Below, piece by piece: positions 62,828-64,000 of a stretch of DNA of 64,000 nucleotides. Every line of letters starts with the position of its first letter. Positions within the stretch are counted from its first letter, which is position 1. The translations under genes and the position numbers were made by a program. The stretch comes from Schmidtea nova (lineage: Eukaryota), in NCBI GenBank assembly GCA_044892505.1, contig CM097883.1, forward strand, positions 78,182,001-78,246,000, written 5' to 3'. Under the pieces are notes generated by a model. It was given only the letters and a program-made list of their open reading frames with translations, was not told the DNA's origin and searched no databases.

Positions 62828-64000
62828 CCTTAGACTGCTCGGGCTCTAATTTCATACATTCTTCAGCATCGTGTAATGCTTCACCATCTTTCTTTATAAC
62901 TTCAATATAACTCTTGATTGCTCAGTGGATCTTGCCAATGAACGCCTACAATCAAAGCGTTTCCCAATTCCTTTGCCGGTATCCCCGAAAACAGCATGTC
63001 AAAACACCCGTCAACCCAAACTCAACAGTTTTATTTATTCACTCATTCTCACTGAACTTTATCCTTATTTCAGATGCTTAATATCAATTAATCTTATTTA
63101 ATTTACAATTTTAAAATAAAATATTCTAATCTTCTATATATTATCATAATTATCTTTTGGTTTCACCTTTGATCTCTTTTTATTTATATCAATAATTTTT
63201 ATAATTGTATGACTATATGGATCAAAATATGTTTTACACAATATTTGATCTAAATTATTGATATAAATACCAACAATTTTTTAATTTTTTAAAAGTTTTT
63301 AATTTCAACTTTTTTACTTTCACAAAGTAATTAAATTCTATTTTAATTTAAAATATATTTTATTGTTGTTTCTTAGGAAATTGACTAAAAATTTAAAGTC
63401 ATTTCCCAAGTTAATATGATACATGAATGTCAGGTGGTGCAAACTGATCAAGTAATCAACACTAAAAATAAAACCAGTAATTATAACCAACAATGGGAGA
63501 AAGTACATAAAATGATCCCATCTATAGACAAAACAAAAGCCAATTTTTGCAAGATAGATTCAAAAATTCATTACAAAGATTAGCTTCCGAAACCTTTTAT
63601 ATAAAAAATACAAACCGTCCGTCGACATCTAATTCGTACAAAAAGTTGTTTGAAGTTTATGTTGCGGATTTGATTAATTTGCATCATCTGACCTTCATGT
63701 GTTATAACTAACTAATAAAAATAAACCTGACAAAAAACTGGCAAAATTAAACCTGTTCAAAATGGGCGACTGAATTTCAGTTTTCCCCTCAATAATTCGT
63801 CAGTGAATTGGAATTTTTCAACTTTTAACTTTTTTTAAAAGAACTTAATTAGATCTTTATTTTAAAAAAGAAAAGAAGGCAATTATATATCGATATATGT
63901 ATATTAGTAAGAGTCTAATGGTGAAATACAGGTTTAGAAAGAAACTAGCTTTTTGAAGGCCATTGCCTGAAATGTTATTTCTCTCAAAATACCCACAAAG

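Larger units (their letters stand above)
60570..63010 (-). pseudogene. STI1/HOP-like TPR remnant split by the hAT element
   Basis: Joining 62836 to 60916 on the minus strand gives EALHDAEECMKLEPEQSKGYSR / AAALEFMNNYYETFKAY..SFETDNE, with KELGNAL upstream; one frameshift and stops. Confidence 0.65.

Noticed and set aside
63400-64000. Possible small minus-strand exons of a membrane protein
   Set aside because: Splice-like signals exist but no continuous frame or family motif could be built within the window.

Overview
Very AT-rich eukaryotic (animal-like) DNA with tiny 45-51 nt GT-AG introns, mostly occupied by decayed and nested mobile elements; two N gaps (47720-47851, 54673-54814). No prokaryotic features, rRNA or CRISPR were seen. 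Main contents: (1) a decayed Maverick/Polinton (6.4-12.7 kb) with packaging ATPase, two QxGG core proteins, integrase split by a hAT element, minor and major capsid proteins, adenain-like protease and the 3' end of pPolB; (2) a full-length LTR-to-LTR Ty3/Gypsy element (14992-20486, TAGAA target duplication, tRNA-Leu PBS) carrying an intron-less two-Ig-domain cargo behind the PBS and a ubiquitin-like module ending in RILGG in front of Gag; a substitution found only in the 5' LTR (AATAAA vs AATGAA) supplies the ATG of an uninterrupted 344-aa Ig ORF; (3) a complete 9-exon ZMYM/Woc/QRICH1-like DUF3504 gene with no MYM zinc fingers (31256-44065), a second partial copy (51404-58222) and flanks suggesting a third, inverted copy inside a gap; (4) many Tc1/mariner/pogo, hAT, Harbinger, MULE and Penelope elements and MITEs, one TIR element with an unusually long 15-bp target duplication, a dispersed unidentified coiled-coil ORF family and a STI1/HOP-like TPR remnant. 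All assignments come from reading motifs by eye; no database searches were run, and coordinates of decayed ORFs are approximate.
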